Under the pieces are notes generated by a model. That model was not told the origin of the DNA. It was given only the letters and a program-made list of their open reading frames with translations, and did not search any database. The position numbers were made by a program, and so were the translations under genes. DNA of 13,618 nt from a virus. Lineage: Duplodnaviria; Heunggongvirae; Uroviricota; Caudoviricetes. Shown here one piece after another: positions 1 to 8,378 of the stretch (position 1 is the first letter of the stretch; each line of letters starts with the position of its first letter). The stretch lies in IMG/VR virus record IMGVR_UViG_3300028532_000077. The stretch is one strand, 5' to 3'.

Positions 1-111
1 ACTGCCTGATGTCAGAACAGTATTTTGATGAATTGCCAAGGTTACAATGGCACAAATGCGGCACAGGAGGAAACGTGGTGTATTTAAATATGGGGTAACT
101 CTTTGATTTTA

Positions 112-131
112 ATGGTGCCGATAATAGGAGT
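112..131. repeat. attL-type direct repeat (tRNA 3'-end copy)
   Basis: ATGGTGCCGATAATAGGAGT is identical to 13482-13501; it duplicates the 3'-terminal 19 nt of the tRNA-Thr gene at the other end of the window. Confidence 0.8.
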
Positions 132-273
132 AAAACACTCGATTAATCTCGTGTTAATGCCATCACCTACGACCATTACTAATTGATTGAATCTTATAGA
201 AAAATCATCATTTTCTATGCGTCACAATCAATTTTCACATTACAAACGCTCCGACACTTTAGCCGGAGATTTT

Positions 274-1551
274 ATGAGATACAAGCCTAACCAATACTTA
301 ATCTGTGATTCTTACGGTAACTACTATTTGAGGATCACGTTGCCTGTGTATATGCAGCCCTTTTTTGAAGGAAAAAGGACGTTTGTCAGAAGTCTGCACA
401 CAAGTAATCTTCGTGTTGCACGTAGAAAGCGTGATCAGATTGCAGATGAATACCATTGCTTACGGGAGAGTGTTGCCCCTGTAAACAGCACAATAGAAAA
501 CACGCTGGAACTGTTACGCAGTAAGGCTAAATACGCCAAAACAGCTACCAGAGTGCAAGATACAGCGTCTTCGTGTCCGTCATTGCTTAAAATTCTTGAA
601 ATCTACCTGACAATTAACAGCACGAAGAAGAAGCCAGCCACTTTAGCTAAGGCAAGAAAAGCGGTAGAGATGTTTCTCTCCTACCGTAAAAAGCCTGATA
701 TTGCATTGCAAGATGTAAGCCGCACCACTGTTACAGGCTGGATTGAACACATGCAAAAAACTCTTTCACAACAATCAATTGCAAATTATATCAGCCCAAT
801 GGCCCAGCTATGGGAATTAGCTTCATCACGTTACCACGATGCGCCAGAAAGGGCGCTCTCCCCCTGGCGAGGGCATAGGCTTGATGTGGCACAAAGTAGA
901 GAGAGCTACGAGGCATTTTCTAACAAAGAGCTATTGCAGGTGTTGCAAGTATTTTCCGGTAATTCAGCAGAAAACAAAGAAATGACGGCTTTGTGTCTTA
1001 TCGGTTTATATACAGGTATGCGGATCAATGAGATAGCAAGTCTCACAATAGACGATGTGAAAGAGATCGAAGGTGTGCTGTGTTTTGAAATCACACAGGG
1101 AAAAACGAAAGCTGCGGCACGTCTTGTGCCTGTGCATAGCCTTATCACTCCATTGGTGTTATCTCTTCGTGAAAAGCCTCACAATGGCTTTTTGTTCTAT
1201 CACGCCAGCATTACAGAGCGTGCTGACGGTAAACGCTCTACGTGGCATACACAACGATTTACAAGAGCTAAACGAAAGGCTTTAGGGGAAAAGGGAACAG
1301 AAAGGAAAGTGTTTCATTCTCTGAGACACGGAGTAGCACAGCTTCTTGATCGAAATCAAATTCCAGAGGACCGCATAGCTTTAATTTTGGGCCATCAGCG
1401 CGGCAATACAGAAACATTCCGCACATATAGCAAGAATGCAGCTTCTCCAGTAGAGCTTAAAAAATATATTGAGCTTTTACGCTACCCTGAAATAGAGAAA
1501 GGCTTATCAATCAATAAAAAATCAAATTTAAGGCGTAAAACAACGCCATAG
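274..1551 (+). CDS. int: Tyrosine recombinase / phage-type integrase
   Basis: C-terminal catalytic signature visible in translation: LYTGMRINE (Arg), HSLRH (His-x-x-Arg), LGHQRGNTETFRTY (His ... Tyr nucleophile). N-terminus YGNYYLRITLPVY...GKRTFVRSL resembles the arm-binding domain of phage integrases. Start chosen at ATG 274 with GGAG 5 nt upstream; ORF is open from TTG 187, ATG 217 also possible. Confidence 0.9.
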   Translation: MRYKPNQYLICDSYGNYYLRITLPVYMQPFFEGKRTFVRSLHTSNLRVARRKRDQIADEYHCLRESVAPVNSTIENTLELLRSKAKYAKTATRVQDTASSCPSLLKILEIYLTINSTKKKPATLAKARKAVEMFLSYRKKPDIALQDVSRTTVTGWIEHMQKTLSQQSIANYISPMAQLWELASSRYHDAPERALSPWRGHRLDVAQSRESYEAFSNKELLQVLQVFSGNSAENKEMTALCLIGLYTGMRINEIASLTIDDVKEIEGVLCFEITQGKTKAAARLVPVHSLITPLVLSLREKPHNGFLFYHASITERADGKRSTWHTQRFTRAKRKALGEKGTERKVFHSLRHGVAQLLDRNQIPEDRIALILGHQRGNTETFRTYSKNAASPVELKKYIELLRYPEIEKGLSINKKSNLRRKTTP

Positions 1552-1561
1552 ACGTAATAAG

Positions 1562-1594
1562 GAGGCTTCAACATAGATTGGTAGCCTCTTTTAT
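1562..1594 (+). terminator. Putative weak intrinsic terminator downstream of int
   Basis: GAGGCT (1562-1567) / AGCCTC (1583-1588) inverted repeat followed by TTTTAT; stem is short and loop is 15 nt. Confidence 0.3.
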
Positions 1595-1625
1595 GATTAT
1601 CTCGCTACATCGTTCTTTATAGGGA

Positions 1626-2282
1626 TTATTTCACTTCTCCGTCATACGTCGGAAGGGTGTCTTTAGTGGTGCTGGCTGTTCCTGCATTGGTTGGCACTCG
1701 GCTTTTTACCTGTCCGCCTGTGCTCTTAGGTGATGCGGTCTTTATAGCAATAGCGTTAGTAGTTGCATAACTCACTAATCTTATCTGTTCGAACTGCAAA
1801 TCAAACTGTAAAGCTGATTCTGTTTTATATTCGTAGTCAATGCCTGTCAGAATCATATTATCAAACGTCTTATGCTCTGTGCTTACAATAATAGGCTGTC
1901 TGGCATTCATTATTTCATCAAGATAAGCAATAGCCTGTGAACACCTGTTACCGTTCACCCCTGCACTTGATAGCATATCACCACGTAATGCTAATGGTGT
2001 TTCTGTAATAATGCCTGAAAGCATAAGTTTATTATTCTTGATCCTGACATTATCAGATACATCATTACCATCCTGCACAGGATACGATGTAACATCGGCA
2101 GAACGTGAAACCTTAGTTGCCGGAACAGCGTCAAAAGTAATAGCTTTATAACTGGCTATCGTTGATGCATTTTCGTTATTCAGGTTGCTACATATAATGG
2201 CAAATCCGTTATCAGATTTAACCTTGCTGTTAGATGTATTAATGTTAGATGTGCTGTTGATCTGACTTTCTTTGATAGCCAT
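1626..2282 (-). CDS. Hypothetical protein (218 aa), last gene of the virion-like operon; possible minor structural protein
   Basis: Long ORF with AAGGA Shine-Dalgarno about 10 nt upstream of ATG; lies 73 nt downstream of the 633-aa gene on the same strand; Ser/Thr/Asn-rich sequence with no recognisable catalytic motif. Confidence 0.7.
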   Translation of the reverse strand: MAIKESQINSTSNINTSNSKVKSDNGFAIICSNLNNENASTIASYKAITFDAVPATKVSRSADVTSYPVQDGNDVSDNVRIKNNKLMLSGIITETPLALRGDMLSSAGVNGNRCSQAIAYLDEIMNARQPIIVSTEHKTFDNMILTGIDYEYKTESALQFDLQFEQIRLVSYATTNAIAIKTASPKSTGGQVKSRVPTNAGTASTTKDTLPTYDGEVK

Positions 2283-2355
2283 TTATATTAATCCTTGTGT
2301 AATGAGCGGAAAGCAATAAATATTGCCCCCGCTTTATTATTAGTTATCGTTAAAC

Positions 2356-4257
2356 TTAGTTAACGCTACTCTGTCCTGACAACGTGCTAAGAATCAGATT
2401 CGAACTAAACTGATTGTTGTTCGCTCTGATCTCAGTGCGGATTAAATCCTGAAAGCCGGGACCGTTAGGGATGACGTTAACAGAGATCATATCACTCGGC
2501 ACCGTAACCTGTGCATTCACGTTAACAGGAGTTGCGTATTGACGTTGTAGGCTTACAGTCGGCTGATAGGCTTCTGCTTTACGTGCAACAAGGGTTGATC
2601 CGTAGCTGTTAGCATTGCCATTAATTAAATCAGTCCACCACCCTGGAACGCCGGACTGTGTTTCCTCACCGCGCACAATACGCCCTACATCTTTCGTATC
2701 GAGTCCAGTTGCATAACGAATACCTTCATTGATAATCGTTGATGGCGACCATTCCCCATCTGTAACAGCGTCCATAACCTTTTGTGTCTCAGGTCTGTTA
2801 TCATTCTCACCACGGCTAAGATGTTTATTAATCCAGCTTGTGATTTGATTCCCGTAAGAAGTCATAGAGGTCAGTAATACAGCGCCTTGTTTAGCCAAAT
2901 CCCCGAACGATGCACCAACACCATAAGCTGCATTCTGTAAGGCTTTGCTTTCTTCCGGTTTGAGTGCTGGCATGTTGGCTATGCCATCAAAGAAGCCCAA
3001 AATAGCCTGATTCGATAGTCCATCTGTCAGACGGTCAAAGGCTGTAGCTGTCTTGTTAGCTGCGCGATATTGCTCTTTCTGTGCTTCTGTCAGTAGCTGC
3101 CCGTTGTTTTCCATATCAACCATCGTTTTACGGAACTCTTCCCCATCACGGGAAAACATCTTGAGATAATGGCTGGCATCGTCTGCTAATGGTTCGATCA
3201 GGGATATGATGGCTTCTTTAGTCATTCCTCGGCGTTCACCTTCTCTCACCACGTCTTGCAGGAGTTGCAGCGGTCGCCCCTGGTAGGAAGCTATCTTATC
3301 TTTGTTCCATGCAAAGGCATTCTGAATATCATTTAATGATCCTTCCCCGCCTCGCCACTCTTTTTTCTTACTATCCCATTCAGCAGTTCGGCTTTGATGA
3401 CCAATGCGTTCGTTTAAGTCTTTGATATTGTCAGTGGTCTTGTCCACGCTTGCACTTGATACACCGTTTGCCCTCCCCCAATTAACCATTGCAGCCACCT
3501 GGTTGGAGTCTGCGCCTACCAGATCGCTCATCTTCTGCAATTCCATACGTTCACGGGCTTTTTCCATTCCAGCAGATACAGCCATACTTCCTAAGCCAAC
3601 GGCAGCGCCGCCGATAATGCCACCAACACCGCCCATCATTAACGCGCCACCGCCGCTAACACCTTCTTTGTGGAGCTTCTTAGAAGTAACTGGATATACA
3701 CCCCCAGCGGCAGCATTACGACGCGTAGCAGCGGCTGCGGCTCGTCTTTCTAATGTGATGCGGTCACGGATCAGGGCATTCATCTTCGCTTGCGATATAG
3801 CGCCGGATTCATAGAGGCGGGTTTGTTCCTTAATGTAACGTAGAGCATCGTGATATTTCTTAATATCCATCCCTTCGCCATAGCGGGAATTGTTCTTGAT
3901 GCCTTGTAACTGGCGATATGATGCAAGGCGCTTGATCTCTGCCTTTTCAGCAATTGAGGCTTGTTTAGCCTGTGCTTTAGCGAGGTTTTTAGCTTCCTGT
4001 AGCTTCTGTTTAGTGCTGGCTTTAGATGCCTGTGTCTCAGATTTAACAGCCCGCTTAACATGCTGATCATGCTGGCGCTGAATCTCTTTTCCCAGCCTCT
4101 GTAAATCTTTCTGACGTGCTGCCGCCACTTGCACAGGTTTGATCCCCTGCATCTTCTTTTGTAGCTTATCCACTTCATTCTTAGCTTTCTGTAAGCTCTT
4201 GAAATCAGTGGTAAATGTCACAACATTACTAATTCGTGAGGCGGTAATTTCTAACAT
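2356..4257 (-). CDS. Coiled-coil / glycine-zipper protein (633 aa), tape-measure-like or ejection-protein-like
   Basis: N-terminal ~170 aa are K/Q/A/E-rich heptad-like (LQKAKNEVDKLQKK..., KQKLQEAKNLAKAQAKQ); central hydrophobic Gly-rich segment GGGALMMGGVGGIIGGAAVGLGSMAVSAGM as seen in phage tape-measure and pilot/ejection proteins; no enzymatic motif recognised. Confidence 0.75.
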   Translation of the reverse strand: MLEITASRISNVVTFTTDFKSLQKAKNEVDKLQKKMQGIKPVQVAAARQKDLQRLGKEIQRQHDQHVKRAVKSETQASKASTKQKLQEAKNLAKAQAKQASIAEKAEIKRLASYRQLQGIKNNSRYGEGMDIKKYHDALRYIKEQTRLYESGAISQAKMNALIRDRITLERRAAAAATRRNAAAGGVYPVTSKKLHKEGVSGGGALMMGGVGGIIGGAAVGLGSMAVSAGMEKARERMELQKMSDLVGADSNQVAAMVNWGRANGVSSASVDKTTDNIKDLNERIGHQSRTAEWDSKKKEWRGGEGSLNDIQNAFAWNKDKIASYQGRPLQLLQDVVREGERRGMTKEAIISLIEPLADDASHYLKMFSRDGEEFRKTMVDMENNGQLLTEAQKEQYRAANKTATAFDRLTDGLSNQAILGFFDGIANMPALKPEESKALQNAAYGVGASFGDLAKQGAVLLTSMTSYGNQITSWINKHLSRGENDNRPETQKVMDAVTDGEWSPSTIINEGIRYATGLDTKDVGRIVRGEETQSGVPGWWTDLINGNANSYGSTLVARKAEAYQPTVSLQRQYATPVNVNAQVTVPSDMISVNVIPNGPGFQDLIRTEIRANNNQFSSNLILSTLSGQSSVN

Positions 4258-4291
4258 GTTAATTGTTTCCCTGTATTATGATTATTGTTTG

Positions 4292-4489
4292 TTATTGTTT
4301 TTTAGAGCAATAATATTGGATTGCCTCAAAAGTGCTGCACCCAGTCTGAAACACACGCTGCCGCACATTATTTGCATCAATTGAAAGCATTCTGCATAAG
4401 GCACTGACATTGATTATTGAGTCATCGCTAATAGCTGCCAGTTCTTTTACAGCCTTAAGAATAAAGGATTGTGGGTTTTCTGTATTCAT
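4292..4489 (-). CDS. Small hypothetical protein (65 aa)
   Basis: ORF between the 343-aa and 633-aa genes on the same strand; weak purine-rich RBS (GAGAGAAAACC); no motif recognised. Confidence 0.45.
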   Translation of the reverse strand: MNTENPQSFILKAVKELAAISDDSIINVSALCRMLSIDANNVRQRVFQTGCSTFEAIQYYCSKKQ

Positions 4490-4640
4490 TGGTTTTCTCT
4501 CACATATATATTTTTATTTGGGTTTGTAGACAGTAGAAAAACAAAAAGGGCAAAGAGATTCGTTACTGTATTTGCGCCTACAGGTTAGTTAATCCCTTTA
4601 CCCTTATTGCCCCGATGGGGAATCGTCTATTAACGCTTTA

Positions 4641-5672
4641 TTACGCAGCAGATCCGAAGATGATAGCTTGCGGAATGTTGTTTACTGGCAGATAAGATGT
4701 CTCAGTAACCACAGATGGGAATTGGAATTCATCCTTGATTAGATATTGGTGATGCAACACGGCATCTTGACCTAACTCAGCATGACGCACACCAACGCCG
4801 CTATGAAGCTGGTAACACTGTGCCGCTTTATCCATTACCGGAACAATTGCGAAACCGTTCTCTCCGATGTGAGCAACAATCTCAGGAAACATTGACACAT
4901 CAATAACAGTGATCCCACCAATCTGGAAAGAGTCATAGGCTGGGTTAGAATCAACCATACGGGTAAACAGGGCCGTAGCACTCGCATCACCTGCATATTT
5001 CACCATGTCACTGATCAGCGGGTTAGATGACAAACCATCAGCAGCAGCGCCAGCAGCAAAGATAATTACACCAGTTCGCTTTGCAGCAAGACCAGACCCC
5101 AGCTTTTCACTCTGTAAGCGCACCGCTTTACGAATAGCAAGGAACGGGTTAACAGTAGTCGATGCAAAGTCGATAGCGGGTACCGTGGTTTTAGCCTGAC
5201 CGTCGAGGAAGTCGAGATCACCTTGTCCGGCATATTCAGATTCAACTTTCAGTCCCAGCAGCGCGGTAATCAGATCCACTTCAACACGGTTTGCGTGTGA
5301 ACGGTAATGAGCCTCAGAGAAATCATTAACCGCTACCAGCATAGCATCAGAACGGTTTGGATATTGGCGGCTGTATTGTTCCAGGTCACGAGAAGTAACA
5401 GCGTTAATACTGCCGACGTGTTTCATCTGGAAAAGTTTGTTTGACCATTCCTGACGTTTAGAAGCGTTCCAGTCGCTTTGAGCGTAAGGCGAGGTTTCCC
5501 CGGCTACCTGCACAAACTGCTCAATCAGGTCGGTAAGAAGAATGCTGTTTTCTGTATGATATTGCACATCGAACAGATCGAGATTAGTAATCAGGGTATT
5601 AAGTGCATTCTCATAAGCAAATGGAGTTACTACCGCAGTATTAACGCCAAAATATGTTGATAAATCATTCAT
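4641..5672 (-). CDS. Putative major capsid-like protein (343 aa)
   Basis: Size and position match the major capsid gene of lambda-like head modules (about 340 aa, immediately after an about 120-aa gene); AAGGAAAATAAT RBS; mixed alpha/beta composition with no nucleotide-binding or catalytic motif. Assignment is from context only. Confidence 0.6.
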   Translation of the reverse strand: MNDLSTYFGVNTAVVTPFAYENALNTLITNLDLFDVQYHTENSILLTDLIEQFVQVAGETSPYAQSDWNASKRQEWSNKLFQMKHVGSINAVTSRDLEQYSRQYPNRSDAMLVAVNDFSEAHYRSHANRVEVDLITALLGLKVESEYAGQGDLDFLDGQAKTTVPAIDFASTTVNPFLAIRKAVRLQSEKLGSGLAAKRTGVIIFAAGAAADGLSSNPLISDMVKYAGDASATALFTRMVDSNPAYDSFQIGGITVIDVSMFPEIVAHIGENGFAIVPVMDKAAQCYQLHSGVGVRHAELGQDAVLHHQYLIKDEFQFPSVVTETSYLPVNNIPQAIIFGSAA

Positions 5673-5686
5673 TATTATTTTCCTTG

Positions 5687-6070
5687 TTAAGTCGTAGGGA
5701 TCGCAAGTTCTTCATAACCAGCAATTACAAAGCCGAGAGATTGCAGTTTTGCAATAACACTTGCCTTTTCCATGCTGTTAAATTCAATCCCATCTTCAGC
5801 CAGAATAACGAAAGTAGGATGTGCAACCACTACGCTTTCCTGTCCTTCATAAGCCGGTTCAACTACTACGTGAGCAATATCAGATGCGGTTGTTGCTTTG
5901 GTGCCATCGGCTTTCAGCAAAGCCCCGACAATAAGATCGTCAGTGAGAGGTGAAGCCAGTTTGACGAGGCGATCTTGCAGCACTGGATCAGCAGCGTAAG
6001 CTACTACCTTACAGCGTGAACGGGAGTTATCCGCATTCACTGCTTTTAATTTTCCATATGGGTTAGCCAT
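5687..6070 (-). CDS. Putative head decoration / scaffold-like protein (127 aa)
   Basis: Stop lies 14 nt from the start of the 343-aa gene; nearly identical AAGGAAAATAAT RBS context; size and position resemble gpD-type decoration proteins upstream of major capsid genes. Context only. Confidence 0.5.
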   Translation of the reverse strand: MANPYGKLKAVNADNSRSRCKVVAYAADPVLQDRLVKLASPLTDDLIVGALLKADGTKATTASDIAHVVVEPAYEGQESVVVAHPTFVILAEDGIEFNSMEKASVIAKLQSLGFVIAGYEELAIPTT

Positions 6071-6074
6071 AAGA

Positions 6075-6272
6075 TTATTTTCCTTTCAGTTGTTTAATTT
6101 TAGATTTAAGGGCATCAGCAAGACTAACCGCATCAGCCGATTTAAATAATTGAGCAGTGGTAGAACGAAGACTTTCGGGAGTAACTCCCAACAGTGCGGC
6201 AACCTTAATGAGGTTTTCATCACTAACAATCATCGTTTCCCCGTCTTTGCTGATAATCATTTCTTGTTTCAT
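6075..6272 (-). CDS. Small hypothetical protein (65 aa from ATG 6272; ORF open to 6314)
   Basis: First gene of the leftward virion-like operon; AGGAA 8 nt upstream of ATG 6272; stop is 4 nt before the next start; the longer ORF start at 6314 would run into an upstream hairpin. Confidence 0.55.
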   Translation of the reverse strand: MKQEMIISKDGETMIVSDENLIKVAALLGVTPESLRSTTAQLFKSADAVSLADALKSKIKQLKGK

Positions 6273-7266
6273 AAATAACGTTCCTGTTAGTGCCAGACAA
6301 ATAAAAAGCCCCAATGCCGTAAGAGGTTAATTCTGACCAGCAAAGGGGCTTTAACGTGCGGGCAATTACATAATTGATAAGTTAAACTATAAGAGGATTA
6401 AACATATCAGCAAATACACTTTTTAAATATACTTGATGATATGCTTAAAGAGTGAATATCAGACCTTAGAAAGGAAGGCTCTTAGGAGTTTGCCACTGGA
6501 ATCACTAAGATCTGATATTCTGGGTGCGGTGGCTAACCGCTGCCTGTTTTTGCTGTGGATGCAACAAAGTAAGGCTTTAAGGAATCACTATTCCAATTCT
6601 CATCTACTCACAGATCAAATTTTAATAGGATTAACTACACCAACAATAATCTACCGTTTCAGAAAAAGCGTTTTTACAACCAAAGATTATAGATTTGCAG
6701 TCTATAAAACCCGTTTTGCTATCAATATTTCCAAAGGTTATTGCACAATTCTTAGCTAAACTCTCTACTTGCGGCTAACGCTACGCAGATGATAGTTTTT
6801 TGACAACAACTTAATAGATTATTCTGTTACTAACTTCTGTCATTAAATAAGAGTTTAATGATGTTAGTAAATAGTTATAAAATATAACTATCAGTGTAAG
6901 GCTCTTTAATGTTTTCGGACAAAATAAGGAGCTTTAGGATAAGCATAGATGAAAAATAAGAGCGGGAAGGGCAAGGAGATAACACCTACCCGCTTTTATC
7001 AAAATTAAGCACAATGCCTAACAACATTCATCAACACAACGTAGAAACAATCAACAATCAAAGAGGGAGTTATGATTATTCTAAAACTTCTTGAGAGATG
7101 GAAGGTAATATTTGTTAGAGGTTAATGCCACTCAACCCTTGAGGCTATCACCTTCCATATGCAGGGATTTATGACAGTAGAAGGATTAACACCAGTCAAA
7201 ACCTTTTTATCTACCCCTAATATCATTATATAATGAAATCGCTATAAATGCAAATGATTTTCATTG

Positions 7267-7575
7267 TCATTTAGAGAAAATAGCACTTTTTGCTAAATCA
7301 TCTACTAATTGCTGAATCTCTTCACTTGCAGCCTTTAACGTGCTGGCGGTGTCTGTGATGGTTTGAGTACACAGCCTGACATCGTCCTTAGATAGCTCTA
7401 AATCGCTCACCAGAGAGATGAAATCGTCAAGGCTTACATTCACCTTCATTAAGCTACTAACGCATTGAGAGAGCGTGTAATCGCATAAATCTGAATAGGC
7501 TTGATTGATACGTGTCTGTAGGGCGATCATCCGATCCGAAAGAGTGTCCATAACTTCCAGAATGTTGTCTGTCAT
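7267..7575 (-). CDS. Hypothetical small acidic helical protein (102 aa)
   Basis: ATG overlaps the stop of the upstream ORF (ATGA coupling at 7572-7575); AGGAG upstream; no motif recognised. Confidence 0.65.
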   Translation of the reverse strand: MTDNILEVMDTLSDRMIALQTRINQAYSDLCDYTLSQCVSSLMKVNVSLDDFISLVSDLELSKDDVRLCTQTITDTASTLKAASEEIQQLVDDLAKSAIFSK

Positions 7576-7844
7576 TGTGCAATCTCTCCTTGATCTGCTG
7601 ATTCCATCTCTTGCTGAATCTGTTTAGCCTTGTTTAGTGCAATCTGTAGCGGTATACGATAGGTTGCAATGTCATCCAGCACATCATCAAGCAAGGCAAA
7701 ATCATTTTCTTCTTTTGCTCGTTCAGCCAGTGAAATAAACACTTCTGCAAGTTGTTTTGCTTCTTTAAAAAATGTTGTTTCTAATAGTTGATAGTTAATC
7801 ATTATTTTTCCTTTTTCGATTATTTTCATTGGGCGCTTATACAT
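7572..7844 (-). CDS. Hypothetical small helical protein (90 aa; likely true start at 7802, 76 aa)
   Basis: In-frame ATG at 7802 has a good AAGGA RBS at 7-nt spacing, whereas the ATG at 7844 has GGGAG only 1 nt away; translationally coupled to the downstream 102-aa ORF. Confidence 0.65.
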   Translation of the reverse strand: MYKRPMKIIEKGKIMINYQLLETTFFKEAKQLAEVFISLAERAKEENDFALLDDVLDDIATYRIPLQIALNKAKQIQQEMESADQGEIAQ

Positions 7845-7859
7845 ACTCCCATCATTTTA

Positions 7860-8243
7860 TTAGTTAGAACGTTTGTTAGAAGCTAATGTATCTTCTAAAT
7901 GAGCCATCAGATCGACTTCCGATGCACCACCTACACAATTATTGAAAGCGTTAAATCCCAAAAAATGATGATAGGAGCTAAACCCTAAAAGTTGCCAACG
8001 CTTCAGAGTGCCATCAGAAATTATTGTTTGTTTTCTTGTTCTTGGGCGAAAGTAAACGCCTGGCATTGACTGGATTATTTCTAATTCTTTATTACTTAAT
8101 TCAGGGGATTCTATTTCAAGAATAAATATTATCTCTTCCCCTGGAATTTCATTATTGGTATGTGTCGGTGGACGTTGTCTTTTTGAATTGAAATTACTGT
8201 TTTTTTCAATACGTTTTAAGTTATTCTTTTTCTTTCTTCCCAT
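7860..8243 (-). CDS. Hypothetical protein with basic N-terminus (127 aa)
   Basis: GAGGG RBS 5 nt upstream of ATG; N-terminus MGRKKKNNLKRIEKNSNFNSKRQR is strongly basic (possible nucleic-acid binding); no catalytic motif recognised. Confidence 0.65.
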   Translation of the reverse strand: MGRKKKNNLKRIEKNSNFNSKRQRPPTHTNNEIPGEEIIFILEIESPELSNKELEIIQSMPGVYFRPRTRKQTIISDGTLKRWQLLGFSSYHHFLGFNAFNNCVGGASEVDLMAHLEDTLASNKRSN

Positions 8244-8378
8244 TTTCCCTCTTTTTATGTGGATTATAAAAACTTAATGCCATAGTTACGATGAATATCG
8301 CCATAAATGCACTTGCCATATGTATTGCCCGATCTGTTGTTACTGATTGTTTGTGATGTTATAAATCATTTATTCTCC

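Noticed and set aside
187-273. N-terminal extension of the integrase from TTG 187 or ATG 217
   Set aside because: Neither has an RBS as good as the GGAG before ATG 274, and the conserved integrase N-terminal domain starts right after 274. The true start still needs experimental or comparative confirmation.
906-1285. ORFs 906..1148 (-) and 1073..1285 (+) from the six-frame track
   Set aside because: Entirely inside the integrase gene (antisense or out of frame), no RBS, implausible translations.
3404-4178. ORFs 3404..3814 (+) and 3780..4178 (-)
   Set aside because: Embedded in the 633-aa gene; the plus-strand one is the Pro/Ala-rich antisense shadow of the Gly/Ala-rich segment, the other is an out-of-frame overlap.
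4139-4384. ORF 4139..4384 (+)
   Set aside because: Overlaps the start of the 633-aa gene and the 65-aa gene on the opposite strand; no RBS; Leu/Ile/Phe-rich translation typical of AT-rich antisense.
5005-5953. ORFs 5005..5199, 5478..5660 and 5654..5953 (+)
   Set aside because: Antisense to the 343-aa and 127-aa genes; no RBS; low-complexity translations.
6304-6351. AAAGCCCC ... GGGGCTTT inverted repeat as an intrinsic terminator
   Set aside because: The loop is about 32 nt and the structure lies directly upstream of the first operon gene with no room for a promoter after it; more likely a leader structure or attenuator.
6433-6759. ORF 6433..6759 (+) in the large non-coding region
   Set aside because: No Shine-Dalgarno sequence, translation not protein-like, and it runs through the shared GGTTATTGCACAA motif; treated as a chance ORF.
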